The notes: a model not told the origin generated them from the sequence alone. A DNA stretch of 53,965 bases from Polaribacter sp. (GCA_030758355.1 JANREL010000158.1:1-53965), one strand, 5' to 3'; positions 40,197 through 50,414 are shown, numbered from the stretch's first letter. Numbers and translations are program-made.

Positions 40197-41297
40197 ATGA
40201 ATTTTTCGGGAGTATTCTACATTTTTGTTGTGTTTACAACAATCCAAATCATTTATTATTTAATCTTTACATCAGTATTTTTTTTAAAAAAAAGAACAAA
40301 AAAACAAACTGCATTTCCTGTTTCAGTCATTATTTTCGCTAAAAATAATGCTGAAAACCTTAGCAATTTTCTTCCTTCAATTTTATCACAAAATCATCCA
40401 ACTTTTGAAGTGGTTTTGATTGATAACAATTCCTCAGACAATACTGAGGAAATCATCAATTTGTTTGCGTTGACTAATTCTAACATCAAACTTGTTAGTG
40501 TAGAAAATAATGAAGCTTTTTGGGGTAGTAAAAAATATGCTCTAACTCTCGGAATCAAAGCTGCAAAATACGAACATTTAGTATTTATAGAACCCAATTG
40601 CAAACCTATTTCAGAAAATTGGTTGTCAAAAATGAGCCAAGAATTTTCTAAAGAAAAATCAATAGTTTTAGGATATTCAACGATTATAAACGAGAAAAAT
40701 ACGTCTAATTTTTTAATCCGGTTTTATCATTTTATAGCTGCATTGCAATACTTGAATTTTGCAAATTTAGGTATTCCTTTTATGGCTGATGGCAAAAATT
40801 TGGCATATACAAAATCAGAATTTTATCGTGCAAAAGGATTTATCAATCATATGAAACAAGAGTTAGGTGAAGATAATTTGTTTATACAAGATGCTGCAAA
40901 TAAAACAAATACAGCTTTTTGCATCCAAAAAAATAGCTTTACTGAAAGTGTTATTTCACAAACATTTTTTCATTGGTTTTTGAATCAAAGAGAAAAAGTG
41001 TTTTTAGAAAAAAGGTACCAACCAAAACATCGATTTTTAATAGGATTATTCAGTATTTCAAAGTTTTTTTTCTATACTTTAGGGATCCTTTTACTATTCT
41101 TTTATCCGACCTTAACCATTGTTATATTTTTTGGAATTTACTTTTTAGTCCAATATATTGTCATTGGAATTGCATCCAAAAGAATGGAAGAAAAAAATCT
41201 AATCCTCTTTTTACCTTTATTAGATATCAGTTTTTTATTGATTCAAATTAGTATCTTTATCGCTAATTTGAAGTCAAAACCAACTCATTGGAAATAG
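40197..41297 (+). CDS. Membrane GT2 family glycosyltransferase-like protein with degenerate motifs
   Basis: PVSVII, FEVVLID, SKKYALTLGI and C-terminal TM helices; the DxD position reads EPN. Confidence 0.82.
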   Translation: MNFSGVFYIFVVFTTIQIIYYLIFTSVFFLKKRTKKQTAFPVSVIIFAKNNAENLSNFLPSILSQNHPTFEVVLIDNNSSDNTEEIINLFALTNSNIKLVSVENNEAFWGSKKYALTLGIKAAKYEHLVFIEPNCKPISENWLSKMSQEFSKEKSIVLGYSTIINEKNTSNFLIRFYHFIAALQYLNFANLGIPFMADGKNLAYTKSEFYRAKGFINHMKQELGEDNLFIQDAANKTNTAFCIQKNSFTESVISQTFFHWFLNQREKVFLEKRYQPKHRFLIGLFSISKFFFYTLGILLLFFYPTLTIVIFFGIYFLVQYIVIGIASKRMEEKNLILFLPLLDISFLLIQISIFIANLKSKPTHWK

Positions 41298-41851
41298 ATT
41301 CTAAAAATCTTGTAAATCAAATTGCTAGAGCAAAAGGTGGCCATCAAGCTGCCTTTCGTTTCTTGTTAGATACTTTTTGGATTGCCGTTTATAATTACCA
41401 ACTTAAGCTTACTAAAAACGAGAACGAAGCAGAAGATATAACCATTCAAACTTTTTCAAAAGCTTTTGAAAAAATAGATACTTTTGATGAAAATTATGTC
41501 TTTAAAACTTGGCTAATAACCATTTCTAAAAATGTACATATAGATCTAATACGAAAAAAAAATAGTTCAATTTCTGTTCAAATATCAGAAGAGCAAGGAG
41601 CAAAAGTATATCAAATTGCTGATGAAAATCCTACCCCTGAGGATACTATTATTGGAGAACAAAATTTAGCAAAGTTATTAAGAGACATCAAACAATTGAA
41701 ACCAAAATATCAAGAGGTGATTCAGTTGCGCTATTTTCAAGAATTGAGTTATAAAGAAATTTCTGAGCAATTACAAGAACCTGTTAATAACGTAAAAATC
41801 AAATTATTAAGAGCAAAAAAATTATTAGCAGAAGTCATTAGAAAGTCTTAA
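41288..41851 (+). CDS. ECF sigma-70 family RNA polymerase sigma factor
   Basis: AEDITIQTF, FKTWLITI (region 2), LRYFQELSYKEI...VKIKLLRAK (region 4); TTG start. Confidence 0.92.
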   Translation: MEIDSKNLVNQIARAKGGHQAAFRFLLDTFWIAVYNYQLKLTKNENEAEDITIQTFSKAFEKIDTFDENYVFKTWLITISKNVHIDLIRKKNSSISVQISEEQGAKVYQIADENPTPEDTIIGEQNLAKLLRDIKQLKPKYQEVIQLRYFQELSYKEISEQLQEPVNNVKIKLLRAKKLLAEVIRKS

Positions 41852-43072
41852 ATGAAAACAAAACTCTTACAATCTTTGGGGCCTGGATTGTTATTTGCAG
41901 GAGCTGCAGTAGGTGTTTCACACTTAGTACAATCTACAAGAGCGGGCGCTGATTTTGGATTTGGATTGTTATGGGCACTTTTCTTGGTAAATATTTTAAA
42001 GTATCCATTTTTTCAATTTGGACCAAGATATGTTGCTGCAACAGGTGAAACTTTGCTAGATGGTTATCGAAAATTAGGAAAACCTGTTTTAGTAATTTAT
42101 TACATCCTAAATTTAGCAAGCATGTTTACAATTCAAGCTGCTGTTACAATTGTTACAGCTGGATTGGCTGCCGAACTTTTTGGAATTTCCAATAATTTAG
42201 TGATTTGGTCTTCTGTTTTATTGCTCATAAGTATTTTAATACTTGCCTTTGGAAAATACAAAGTGTTAGATAATTTAATGAAATACATCATTATAATATT
42301 GACAATCAGTACAATTTTAGCTGTTTTGATTGCATTTTCAAAATCACATCAGGAGTTGAATTTTACTCAAATTTTTCCTTCAGGAGCCTTAGAAATCACT
42401 TTTTTAATCGCATTTTTAGGATGGATGCCAGCACCGTTAGATGTTTCTATTTGGCATTCTATTTGGTCTGTTGAAAAAAATAAAACAACCGCTTCAAGAA
42501 CTTCTTCAAAAGAGGCATTATTTGATTTTAATATTGGTTATCTTGGGACTCAGTTTTTAGGAGCCTGCTTTATATTTTTAGGCGCATTAGTCATGTATAA
42601 ATCAGGAGAAACTTTTTCAAATAAAGGAACTGTTTTTGCTTCACAACTCATCAATTTATATACTAAAAACTTAGGAGGTTTCTCTTATATTTTCATTGCA
42701 ATTGCTGCTTTCACTACAATGTTTAGCACCACAATCACCACTTTAGATGCATCTCCAAGGGCTATGACAATTTCAACAAATTTGCTTTTTGGCAAAAAAA
42801 CGATCTTTAATTATTGGTTTTGGATTGTTTTCTTATTGATTGGAACGTTTGTTATTTTACAGTTTTTTATAAATAACATGGGTGTTTTGGTAAAAGTAGC
42901 TACAATTTTATCATTCTTAACGGCACCGTTTTACGCCATTCTAAATTATATATTAATTTTCGGAAAACACACTCCCAAAGAATTTCAACCCAATATTTTT
43001 ACAAAAATGCTGAGTTTGATTGGAATCGCTTTTTTGATTGGTTTTAGTGTTTGGTTTTTAACAAGTATTTAA
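41852..43072 (+). CDS. NRAMP-like divalent metal transporter
   Basis: [25 protein letters not shown], about 11 TM segments, GWMPAP. Confidence 0.82.
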   Translation: MKTKLLQSLGPGLLFAGAAVGVSHLVQSTRAGADFGFGLLWALFLVNILKYPFFQFGPRYVAATGETLLDGYRKLGKPVLVIYYILNLASMFTIQAAVTIVTAGLAAELFGISNNLVIWSSVLLLISILILAFGKYKVLDNLMKYIIIILTISTILAVLIAFSKSHQELNFTQIFPSGALEITFLIAFLGWMPAPLDVSIWHSIWSVEKNKTTASRTSSKEALFDFNIGYLGTQFLGACFIFLGALVMYKSGETFSNKGTVFASQLINLYTKNLGGFSYIFIAIAAFTTMFSTTITTLDASPRAMTISTNLLFGKKTIFNYWFWIVFLLIGTFVILQFFINNMGVLVKVATILSFLTAPFYAILNYILIFGKHTPKEFQPNIFTKMLSLIGIAFLIGFSVWFLTSI

Positions 43073-43113
43073 ATGATTTCTTTGTAAATTTGTACTCTCA
43101 AAAGAATAAAATA

Positions 43114-43980
43114 ATGACAGAAAATGTATTACTTCCTGAAAGACAAAAAAAACCAAATTGGTTGCGAGTAAAACTTCCTGTTGGTAAAAAATATACCGAA
43201 CTTAGAGGATTAGTTGACAAGTATAAATTAAATACAATTTGTACTAGCGGAAGTTGTCCAAATATGGGAGAATGCTGGGGAGAGGGCACTGCAACTTTCA
43301 TGATTTTAGGAAATATCTGCACACGTTCTTGTGGATTTTGTGGCGTAAAAACAGGAAGACCAGAATCTGTTGAATGGGATGAACCCGAAAAAGTAGCACG
43401 TTCTATAAAAATTATGGGTATCAAACATGCTGTAATTACTTCTGTGGATAGAGATGATTTGAAAGATGGTGGTTCTATTATTTGGGCAGAAACTATTGAA
43501 GCTATTAGAAGAGCCAATCCAAACACAACTTTAGAAACTTTAATTCCTGATTTTCAAGGAAATACTAACCAAATTGACAGGATCATTGAAGTCCATCCTG
43601 AAGTTGTTTCTCATAATATGGAAACTGTAAGAAGATTGACAAGAGAAGTCAGAATTCAAGCAAAATATGATCGAAGTTTAGGAGTTTTAAAATATTTGAA
43701 AGAAAATGGAATGCGTACTAAAACCGGATTGATGCTTGGTTTGGGAGAAACTGAATCCGAAGTAATTGAGACTATGAAAGACTTGCAGGCAGTTGGATTA
43801 GATGTTTTGACAATTGGCCAATATTTACAGCCCACTAAAAATCATTTGCCTGTAAAAGAATTTATCACTCCTGAGCAATTCAAAAAGTACGAAACTATTG
43901 GATTAGAAATGGGTTTTATGTATGTAGAAAGTGGTGCACTAGTTCGCTCTTCTTACAAAGCACACAAACACGCAAAATAA
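43114..43980 (+). CDS. lipA: Lipoyl synthase
   Basis: [12 protein letters not shown] auxiliary cluster, CTRSCGFC radical SAM motif, RSSY; start ATG 43114 downstream of -7 box TAAATTTG (43085-43092). Confidence 0.96.
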   Translation: MTENVLLPERQKKPNWLRVKLPVGKKYTELRGLVDKYKLNTICTSGSCPNMGECWGEGTATFMILGNICTRSCGFCGVKTGRPESVEWDEPEKVARSIKIMGIKHAVITSVDRDDLKDGGSIIWAETIEAIRRANPNTTLETLIPDFQGNTNQIDRIIEVHPEVVSHNMETVRRLTREVRIQAKYDRSLGVLKYLKENGMRTKTGLMLGLGETESEVIETMKDLQAVGLDVLTIGQYLQPTKNHLPVKEFITPEQFKKYETIGLEMGFMYVESGALVRSSYKAHKHAK

Positions 43981-44018
43981 TTGTTAAAATTAAAAAATAT
44001 ATATTTCAAATAATTCTT

Positions 44019-44033
44019 TGGCATAAAGATTGA
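44019..44033 (+). promoter_or_regulatory. Putative sigma54-type -24/-12 promoter
   Basis: TGGCA-TAAAGA-TTGA matches the spacing of TGGCACG-N4-TTGC, with C>A at the last position. Confidence 0.5.
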
Positions 44034-44043
44034 TATCAAATTA

Positions 44044-44124
44044 AAAAGCTTGTAAAAAAGTTTTCATTGTGTAAATTATTTGAATTAGTTACGTTGAAAA
44101 GACCGTTTTACGGTCTTTTTTTTT
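44044..44124 (+). ncRNA. Candidate small RNA (~80 nt)
   Basis: Lies between the sigma54-like motif and a strong terminator, has no plus-strand ORF, and contains a 15-nt complement of the iscS start region. 5' end is approximate. Confidence 0.45.
44097..44124 (+). terminator. Intrinsic terminator (probably also stops the convergent permease transcript)
   Basis: aaaagaccgt-ttt-acggtctttt followed by a T run. Confidence 0.82.
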
Positions 44125-44147
44125 ATTAATAGGTATACCTGAAAAAT

Positions 44148-45383
44148 CTACGCAAACTTAATAGACTTTGATGGATGAATTTTTGAGACAATAAATGAAG
44201 GAATAATTAGCATTAAAAAACAGCAAATTAAGGTACCAATATTTAATAAAATTAGAATTGAAAATGAGATATAAACTGGTATGGTTGTCACATAATAAGT
44301 TTCTGGATTTAAGGTAATTAATTTGAAAAAATGTTGCATCCCAATGAGTGATAATCCAATGAGATTTCCCCAAAAAAGACCTTTTAAAATCAAGGTTGAT
44401 GCATTGTACAAAAATATTTTTTGGATGCTTTGATTGTTGCTTCCCAATGCTTTTAAAATACCAATCATTTGCACTCTTTCTAGAATTAAAACCAGTAAAG
44501 CTGTAATCATATTGATACCCGCAATCAAAATCATAATGGCTATAATAAACCAAACATTATTATCGAAAAGTTGAATCCATTCAAAAATACTTGGATACAT
44601 TTCAATAATTGTTTTGCTATTTAAGGTGGAATCAATTTCATTGTAAATTTGGGCTCCTTTAATAGAAATTTCATCAAAATTTTCTAAAATCACCTCAAAT
44701 CCACCAATTTCATCTTCACTCCAATTGTTCAAATTCTGAACTTCTTTAATATCACCAATCATCATATTTTTATCAAATTGAGCAAAACCAGTATTATAAA
44801 TTCCGGCAACAATATATTTTCGGTTGGATGGTAATTTACTCGTTTCAGATTTTATAAAAGTTACTAAAATAGTGTCATTCAAATTGATTTTCAATCTATT
44901 AACCAACGTTTCAGAAATTAAAATTTCTCTATTTCTTGATGCATTGAAACTTGGAATTCTTCCTTTCACTAAATATTCTCTAAAAAAAGTCCAGTCATAA
45001 TTTTGAGAAACACCTTTAAAAATAATGCCCTCAAAATCGGTTTCAGTTCTTAAAATTCCTGCTTTGTTTGCAAAAATTTGTACTTTCTTGATGCCATCTA
45101 TATTATTAAAAGTAGGATAAAAATTTTGCTTTTTTTGTATGGGAGTTACAGTAACATCCGAATTATTTGCATCAAAATTTACAATTTGTACATGCCCTTT
45201 AAATCCAGCCATTTTATTACGGATTTTAGATTGCAAACCTGCAGCTGTTGCCACTGCAATCAACATAATTGTCATCCCAAGAGCAATTGCGGTGATGGCT
45301 ATTTTTATAATTGGAGTTGAAATACTACTTTTATAGCTTTTACCAACAACAATGCGTTTTGCAATAAATAATTCGAAATTCAA
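44148..45383 (-). CDS. LolC/E-like (FtsX/MacB family) ABC transporter permease
   Basis: Probable TTG start at 45383 (MNFELFIAKRI); ILERVQMIGILKALG, large periplasmic loop, four TMs. Confidence 0.86.
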   Translation of the reverse strand: MNFELFIAKRIVVGKSYKSSISTPIIKIAITAIALGMTIMLIAVATAAGLQSKIRNKMAGFKGHVQIVNFDANNSDVTVTPIQKKQNFYPTFNNIDGIKKVQIFANKAGILRTETDFEGIIFKGVSQNYDWTFFREYLVKGRIPSFNASRNREILISETLVNRLKINLNDTILVTFIKSETSKLPSNRKYIVAGIYNTGFAQFDKNMMIGDIKEVQNLNNWSEDEIGGFEVILENFDEISIKGAQIYNEIDSTLNSKTIIEMYPSIFEWIQLFDNNVWFIIAIMILIAGINMITALLVLILERVQMIGILKALGSNNQSIQKIFLYNASTLILKGLFWGNLIGLSLIGMQHFFKLITLNPETYYVTTIPVYISFSILILLNIGTLICCFLMLIIPSFIVSKIHPSKSIKFA

Positions 45384-45384
45384 A

Positions 45385-46584
45385 ATGATGCTATTTTTAA
45401 AGCCTTTCAAAAATACATATTTATTTTTAGTTCTTTCCTTGATTTTTGGGATGACTATTTTTGGACAGAAAAAAATTAATTCGATTAAAGTTGGTTCAGA
45501 AAGATTTGAGTTATATCTACCTCTTTTAGAAGGTAAAAAAGTCGGAATTGTAGGCAATCACACCTCAATCATTCTCAAAAAAAATAAGGAAAATGATTTT
45601 ACACATTTGGTAGATACATTACTTTCTTTGAATATTCAAGTAAAAAAACTTTTTTCGCCTGAACATGGTTTTCGTGGAAATGCAGATGCTGGCGAATTAA
45701 TTGTGGATGGCAAAGACACAAAATCTGGTTTGGAAATAGTTTCTTTATATGCAGAAAATAAAAAACCAACTGCAACTCAACTAGCAGAAATTGAAATCAT
45801 GGTATTTGATTTGCAGGATGTTGGCGTTCGATTTTTTACGTATATCTCAACATTACATTATGTGTTGGAAGCTTGTGGCGAACTCAATATTCCTGTAATT
45901 ATTTTGGACAGACCCAATCCAAATGCACAGTATATTGATGGACCTGTTTTAGAATTAGAGCACACAAGTTTTGTGGGTTTGCACAAAGTTCCTGTTGTTT
46001 ATGGAATGACAATTGGCGAATATGGACAAATGATTGTTGGAGAAAAATGGTTGATGAATGAAGTTCAATGTGACGTAACTGTAATTCCTATTCATAATTA
46101 CAATCACAAAAAACGCTATTCATTACCTGTAAAACCTTCCCCAAATTTACCTAATGATAAAAGCATCAACCTCTACCCTAGTTTGTGTTTTTTTGAAGGA
46201 ACTAATGTTTCTGTTGGACGTGGAACTGAAACACAATTTCAAATTTATGGCTCACCTTTTTTGAATGATAGAGAATTTCAGTTCATTCCAAAACCAAATA
46301 ACGGATCTAAATATCCAAAACATGAAGGATTGATTTGTTATGGTAAAGATTTGAGAGAAATTGATGATTTAGAACAAATCAATTTAGAATGGTTATTGGA
46401 TACATATCAACAAAACACCTATGAAAATCCTTATTTTACGATATTTTTCACCAAACTTGCTGGAACAAAAAAACTTCAAGAGCAAATTGAACAAGGATTT
46501 ACAGAGGGAGAAATCAGAAAAACATGGAAAGACGATCTAAGAGATTTTAAAGAAATCAGAAAAAAATATTTGATTTATAAATAA
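45385..46584 (+). CDS. DUF1343 / exo-beta-N-acetylmuramidase NamZ family
   Basis: FSPEHGFRG, DLQDVGVRFFTY, LDRPNP, PSPNLP, SVGRGT; start 45385 or 45388. Confidence 0.9.
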   Translation: MMLFLKPFKNTYLFLVLSLIFGMTIFGQKKINSIKVGSERFELYLPLLEGKKVGIVGNHTSIILKKNKENDFTHLVDTLLSLNIQVKKLFSPEHGFRGNADAGELIVDGKDTKSGLEIVSLYAENKKPTATQLAEIEIMVFDLQDVGVRFFTYISTLHYVLEACGELNIPVIILDRPNPNAQYIDGPVLELEHTSFVGLHKVPVVYGMTIGEYGQMIVGEKWLMNEVQCDVTVIPIHNYNHKKRYSLPVKPSPNLPNDKSINLYPSLCFFEGTNVSVGRGTETQFQIYGSPFLNDREFQFIPKPNNGSKYPKHEGLICYGKDLREIDDLEQINLEWLLDTYQQNTYENPYFTIFFTKLAGTKKLQEQIEQGFTEGEIRKTWKDDLRDFKEIRKKYLIYK

Positions 46585-46597
46585 CCCAAAATCATAC

Positions 46598-47110
46598 TTA
46601 TTTTTTACTCAAATCAAAAGGAACTCTTTTTTTCAAAGCCTCCACAATGTTAAAAGTTGCAGGACAAATTGCTGTGTTTTCAATCGTCAAATTAGCTATT
46701 TGTATAAATTTCCTACGATCTGTATGAGGATATTCTGAACAAGCTTTTGGACGAACATCATAAATGGTACATTCATTATTTTGCAAATCTAAAAATGAAC
46801 AAGGGGCTGTTTTTAAAACCATAAAATCATCTTCATCTCTTCGTAAATATTGATTTGTAAAATTCAACACTTTCATTTTTAAAGATTTAGAAATTCGCTC
46901 AATATCTTTTTCAGTAAAAATAGGACTGGTGGTTTTACAACAATTTCCGCAAGTTAGACAATCCGTTTTTTCAAATTCTTTGTCATGCAATTCTTGCATG
47001 ATGTAATCCAAATTTTTGGGAGTTCTCTTTTTTAAAACTGCAAAATATTGCTGATTTTCCTTTTTTGATTGTGCGGCTAATGTTGGCAATTGCTTTAAAT
47101 ATTCTTCCAT
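46598..47110 (-). CDS. YkgJ family cysteine-cluster (CxxCxxCC) protein
   Basis: CLTCGNCC, PCSFL, CTIYDVRPKACSEYP. Confidence 0.9.
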   Translation of the reverse strand: MEEYLKQLPTLAAQSKKENQQYFAVLKKRTPKNLDYIMQELHDKEFEKTDCLTCGNCCKTTSPIFTEKDIERISKSLKMKVLNFTNQYLRRDEDDFMVLKTAPCSFLDLQNNECTIYDVRPKACSEYPHTDRRKFIQIANLTIENTAICPATFNIVEALKKRVPFDLSKK

Positions 47111-47185
47111 GGTCGAAAATTACACTATTTTACCCTAAAATTTATCTAAAAATCGTAATTTCGTGGCTTAAATTTTTTAGGTGAA

Positions 47186-48964
47186 ATGACCATTCAAAAT
47201 ACTATTGAATCTTACATTAAAAAAGGCTTTTTAAAAATCTATCAAATTGAAATTCCATCAGTAGAATTTCAAGCAACTCGCAAAGAATTTAAAGGAGATC
47301 TCACTGTTGTTATTTTTCCTTTGTTGAGATATATCAAAGGAAATCCTACTGAAATTGGAGAAAAATTAGGAAACTATTTGTTAGAGAATGTTGCTGAAGT
47401 CATCAATTTTAATGTGATTAACGGCTTTTTAAATCTAGTTATTGAGGATGGATATTTCTTAAAACTTTTCAATTTGATGAATCAAAATCCAACTTTTGGA
47501 TTTGAATCTCCCAAAGAAAGTGACAAAGCAATGATGGTGGAATATTCTTCACCAAACACTAACAAACCATTGCATTTAGGCCATGTCCGAAACAATTTAT
47601 TAGGTTTTGCAGTTGCTGAAATCATCAAAGCTTCAGGAAAAAAAGTATATAAAACCCAAATTATCAATGACAGAGGTATACATATTTGTAAATCAATGTT
47701 GGCTTGGAAATTATTTGGAAATGGAGAAACTCCAGCTTCAACAGGATTGAAAGGCGATAAATTGGTTGGGAATTATTATGTAAAATTTGATCAAGAGTAT
47801 AAAAAGCAAATTGCTCAATTTGTTGAAAAAGGAATCTCGGAGGATGAAGCTAAAAAAACCGCTCCTATTTTGTTAGAAGCGCAAGAAATGCTCAGAAAAT
47901 GGGAAAATGAAGATGAAGAGACAGTATCACTTTGGAAAAAAATGAATCAATGGGTTTATAAGGGGTTTGAGGTAACCTACAAAAATTTAGGCGTCGATTT
48001 TGATGCATTATATTATGAAAGTGATACCTATCTATTAGGAAAAGACGTTGTTGCACAAGGTATTGAAAAAGGTGTTTTTTACAAAAAAGAAGATGGTTCT
48101 GTTTGGTGTGATTTGACAGATGAGGGTTTGGACGAAAAAATCGTATTGCGTTCAGACGGAACAGCTGTGTATATTACTCAAGATATTGGGACTGCAATTC
48201 AACGTGTAAATGATTTAAAAGATGTTGGAGGAATGGTCTATACTGTTGGAAATGAGCAAGATTACCATTTCCAAGTGTTATTTTTGATTCTGAAAAAATT
48301 GGGATTTGATTGGGCAAAAAACCTATTTCATTTGAGCTATGGGATGGTAGATTTACCCTCAGGAAAAATGAAATCAAGAGAAGGAACTGTGGTAGATGCA
48401 GATGATTTGATGGTTGAAATGACTGAAACCGCTAAGAATATCTCAGAAGAATTAGGAAAATTAGATGGGTATTCAGAAGAAGAAAAAAATGAATTACACA
48501 AAATTATAGGTTTAGGCGCTTTGAAATATTTTATTTTGAAAGTTGATCCAAAAAAGCGCATACTTTTTGATCCAGAATCTTCCGTAGATTTTCAAGGAAA
48601 CACAGGTCCTTTTATCCAATATACGTATGCAAGAATCCAATCAATCATCAGAAAAGCAACCTTTGATTATTCATTAGAGATCAACGAATTAGAACTTCAT
48701 GAAAAAGAAAGAGAAATCATTAAATTGATGTCTTTATTTCCTGAAACAATCCAGCAAGCAGCAGACAATTATTCGCCTGCAATCATTGCAAATTACACCT
48801 ATGATTTGGTAAAAGAATTCAATTCATTCTATCAAAATGTATCTATTTTAGGAGAAGAAAATCATCAGAAAAAAATAATTAGAGTACAAATATCAAAAAA
48901 AGTAGCGAACATCATCAAGCAAGCGTTTTCATTGTTAGGAATTCAAGTACCTGAGAGAATGTAA
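47186..48964 (+). CDS. argS: Arginine--tRNA ligase
   Basis: EYSSPNTNKPLHLGH, KMKSREG, GNTGPFIQYTYARI, C-terminal PERM. Confidence 0.97.
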   Translation: MTIQNTIESYIKKGFLKIYQIEIPSVEFQATRKEFKGDLTVVIFPLLRYIKGNPTEIGEKLGNYLLENVAEVINFNVINGFLNLVIEDGYFLKLFNLMNQNPTFGFESPKESDKAMMVEYSSPNTNKPLHLGHVRNNLLGFAVAEIIKASGKKVYKTQIINDRGIHICKSMLAWKLFGNGETPASTGLKGDKLVGNYYVKFDQEYKKQIAQFVEKGISEDEAKKTAPILLEAQEMLRKWENEDEETVSLWKKMNQWVYKGFEVTYKNLGVDFDALYYESDTYLLGKDVVAQGIEKGVFYKKEDGSVWCDLTDEGLDEKIVLRSDGTAVYITQDIGTAIQRVNDLKDVGGMVYTVGNEQDYHFQVLFLILKKLGFDWAKNLFHLSYGMVDLPSGKMKSREGTVVDADDLMVEMTETAKNISEELGKLDGYSEEEKNELHKIIGLGALKYFILKVDPKKRILFDPESSVDFQGNTGPFIQYTYARIQSIIRKATFDYSLEINELELHEKEREIIKLMSLFPETIQQAADNYSPAIIANYTYDLVKEFNSFYQNVSILGEENHQKKIIRVQISKKVANIIKQAFSLLGIQVPERM

Positions 48965-49025
48965 AAAGATTTTATTGATTAAATTTGCACTGAATACAAA
49001 CCCAACATTACAAAAATACACAAGC

Positions 49026-50414
49026 ATGAATTACGACATTATTATTATCGGAAGTGGTCCTGGAGGATATGTAACAGCAATTAGAGCATCACAATTAGGT
49101 TTTAAAACTGCCATTGTAGAAAAAGAAAGTTTGGGAGGAATTTGTTTGAATTGGGGCTGTATTCCAACAAAAGCTTTGTTAAAATCTGCACAAGTTTTTG
49201 ATTATTTAAAACACGTAGACGAATATGGATTGAAAGCTGAAGCGATTGATAAAGATTTTAATGCAGTTATCAAAAGAAGCAGAAATGTAGCTGATGGAAT
49301 GAGCAAAGGAGTTCAATTTTTGATGAAAAAAAATAAAATTGACATCATTGATGGACATGGAAAAATAAGACCAAATAAAAAAGTTGAAGTAACAGCTGCT
49401 GACGGAACAGTTTCTGAATATTCAGCAGAAAACATTATCATTGCTACAGGAGCTCGCTCTCGTGAATTGCCAAATTTACCCCAAGATGGCAAAAAAGTAA
49501 TTGGCTACAGAAAAGCAATGACGCTTCCTGAACAACCAAAATCGATGATTGTTGTAGGTTCTGGAGCTATTGGTGTTGAATTTGCACACTTCTACAATAC
49601 TATGGGAACAGATGTTACCATTGTAGAATTTATGCCAAATATTGTCCCAGTCGAAGATGAAGATATTTCAAAACAATTTGAGCGTTCATTGAAAAAATCG
49701 GGAATTAAAATTATGACAAATTCTTCTGTAGAATCTATTGATACTTCTGGTGATGGCGTAAAAGCCTATGTAAAAACCAAAAAAGGCGAAGAAGTTTTAG
49801 AAGCAGATATTTTATTATCCGCAGTTGGCATCAAAACAAATATCGAAAATATTGGTTTAGAAGATGTTGGAATTATTGTTGACCGTGATAAAATTTTAGT
49901 AAATGATTGGTATCAAACTAATATTCCTGGATATTATGCCATTGGAGATGTTGTTCCAGGACCAGCTTTAGCGCACGTTGCTTCCGCTGAGGGAATAACA
50001 TGTGTTGAAAAATTAGCAGGTTTGCATACAGAACCTGTTGATTATGGAAATATTCCTGGTTGTACGTATGCAAGCCCTGAAATTGCTTCCGTTGGATTGA
50101 CAGAAGCAAAAGCAAGAGAAGCTGGATATGAATTGAAAATTGGTAAATTTCCTTTCTCAGCCTCAGGAAAAGCAAAAGCTGCTGGAACTCCAGATGGATT
50201 TGTAAAAGTAATTTTTGATGCAAAATATGGCGAATGGTTAGGATGCCATATGATTGGTGCAGGTGTAACAGATATGATTGCAGAAGCTGTTCTTGGTAGA
50301 AAGCTTGAAACCACAGGGCATGAGGTTTTAAAAACGATTCATCCTCACCCAACAATGAGTGAGGCAGTAATGGAAGCTGTTGCTGATGCATATGACGAAG
50401 TTATTCATCTATAA
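49026..50414 (+). CDS. lpdA: Dihydrolipoyl dehydrogenase
   Basis: GSGPGGY, GGICLNWGCIPTK, HPHPTMSE; start ATG 49026 downstream of -7 box TAAATTTG (48980-48987). Confidence 0.96.
   Translation: MNYDIIIIGSGPGGYVTAIRASQLGFKTAIVEKESLGGICLNWGCIPTKALLKSAQVFDYLKHVDEYGLKAEAIDKDFNAVIKRSRNVADGMSKGVQFLMKKNKIDIIDGHGKIRPNKKVEVTAADGTVSEYSAENIIIATGARSRELPNLPQDGKKVIGYRKAMTLPEQPKSMIVVGSGAIGVEFAHFYNTMGTDVTIVEFMPNIVPVEDEDISKQFERSLKKSGIKIMTNSSVESIDTSGDGVKAYVKTKKGEEVLEADILLSAVGIKTNIENIGLEDVGIIVDRDKILVNDWYQTNIPGYYAIGDVVPGPALAHVASAEGITCVEKLAGLHTEPVDYGNIPGCTYASPEIASVGLTEAKAREAGYELKIGKFPFSASGKAKAAGTPDGFVKVIFDAKYGEWLGCHMIGAGVTDMIAEAVLGRKLETTGHEVLKTIHPHPTMSEAVMEAVADAYDEVIHL

Noticed and set aside
44041-44067. 8-codon minus-strand ORF MKTFLQAF with a good initiation context
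   Set aside because: It lies beyond the terminator hairpin for the minus-strand transcript and has no visible promoter of its own. Kept only as an alternative reading of the sRNA candidate.
45384-45557. 58-aa N-terminal extension of the permease, giving a long overlap with the NamZ-like gene
   Set aside because: Family-like sequence begins at the TTG at 45383 and a -7 box lies inside the supposed extension. Similar over-long starts were trimmed for the LpxR-like gene, lipA, lpdA and the aminotransferase.
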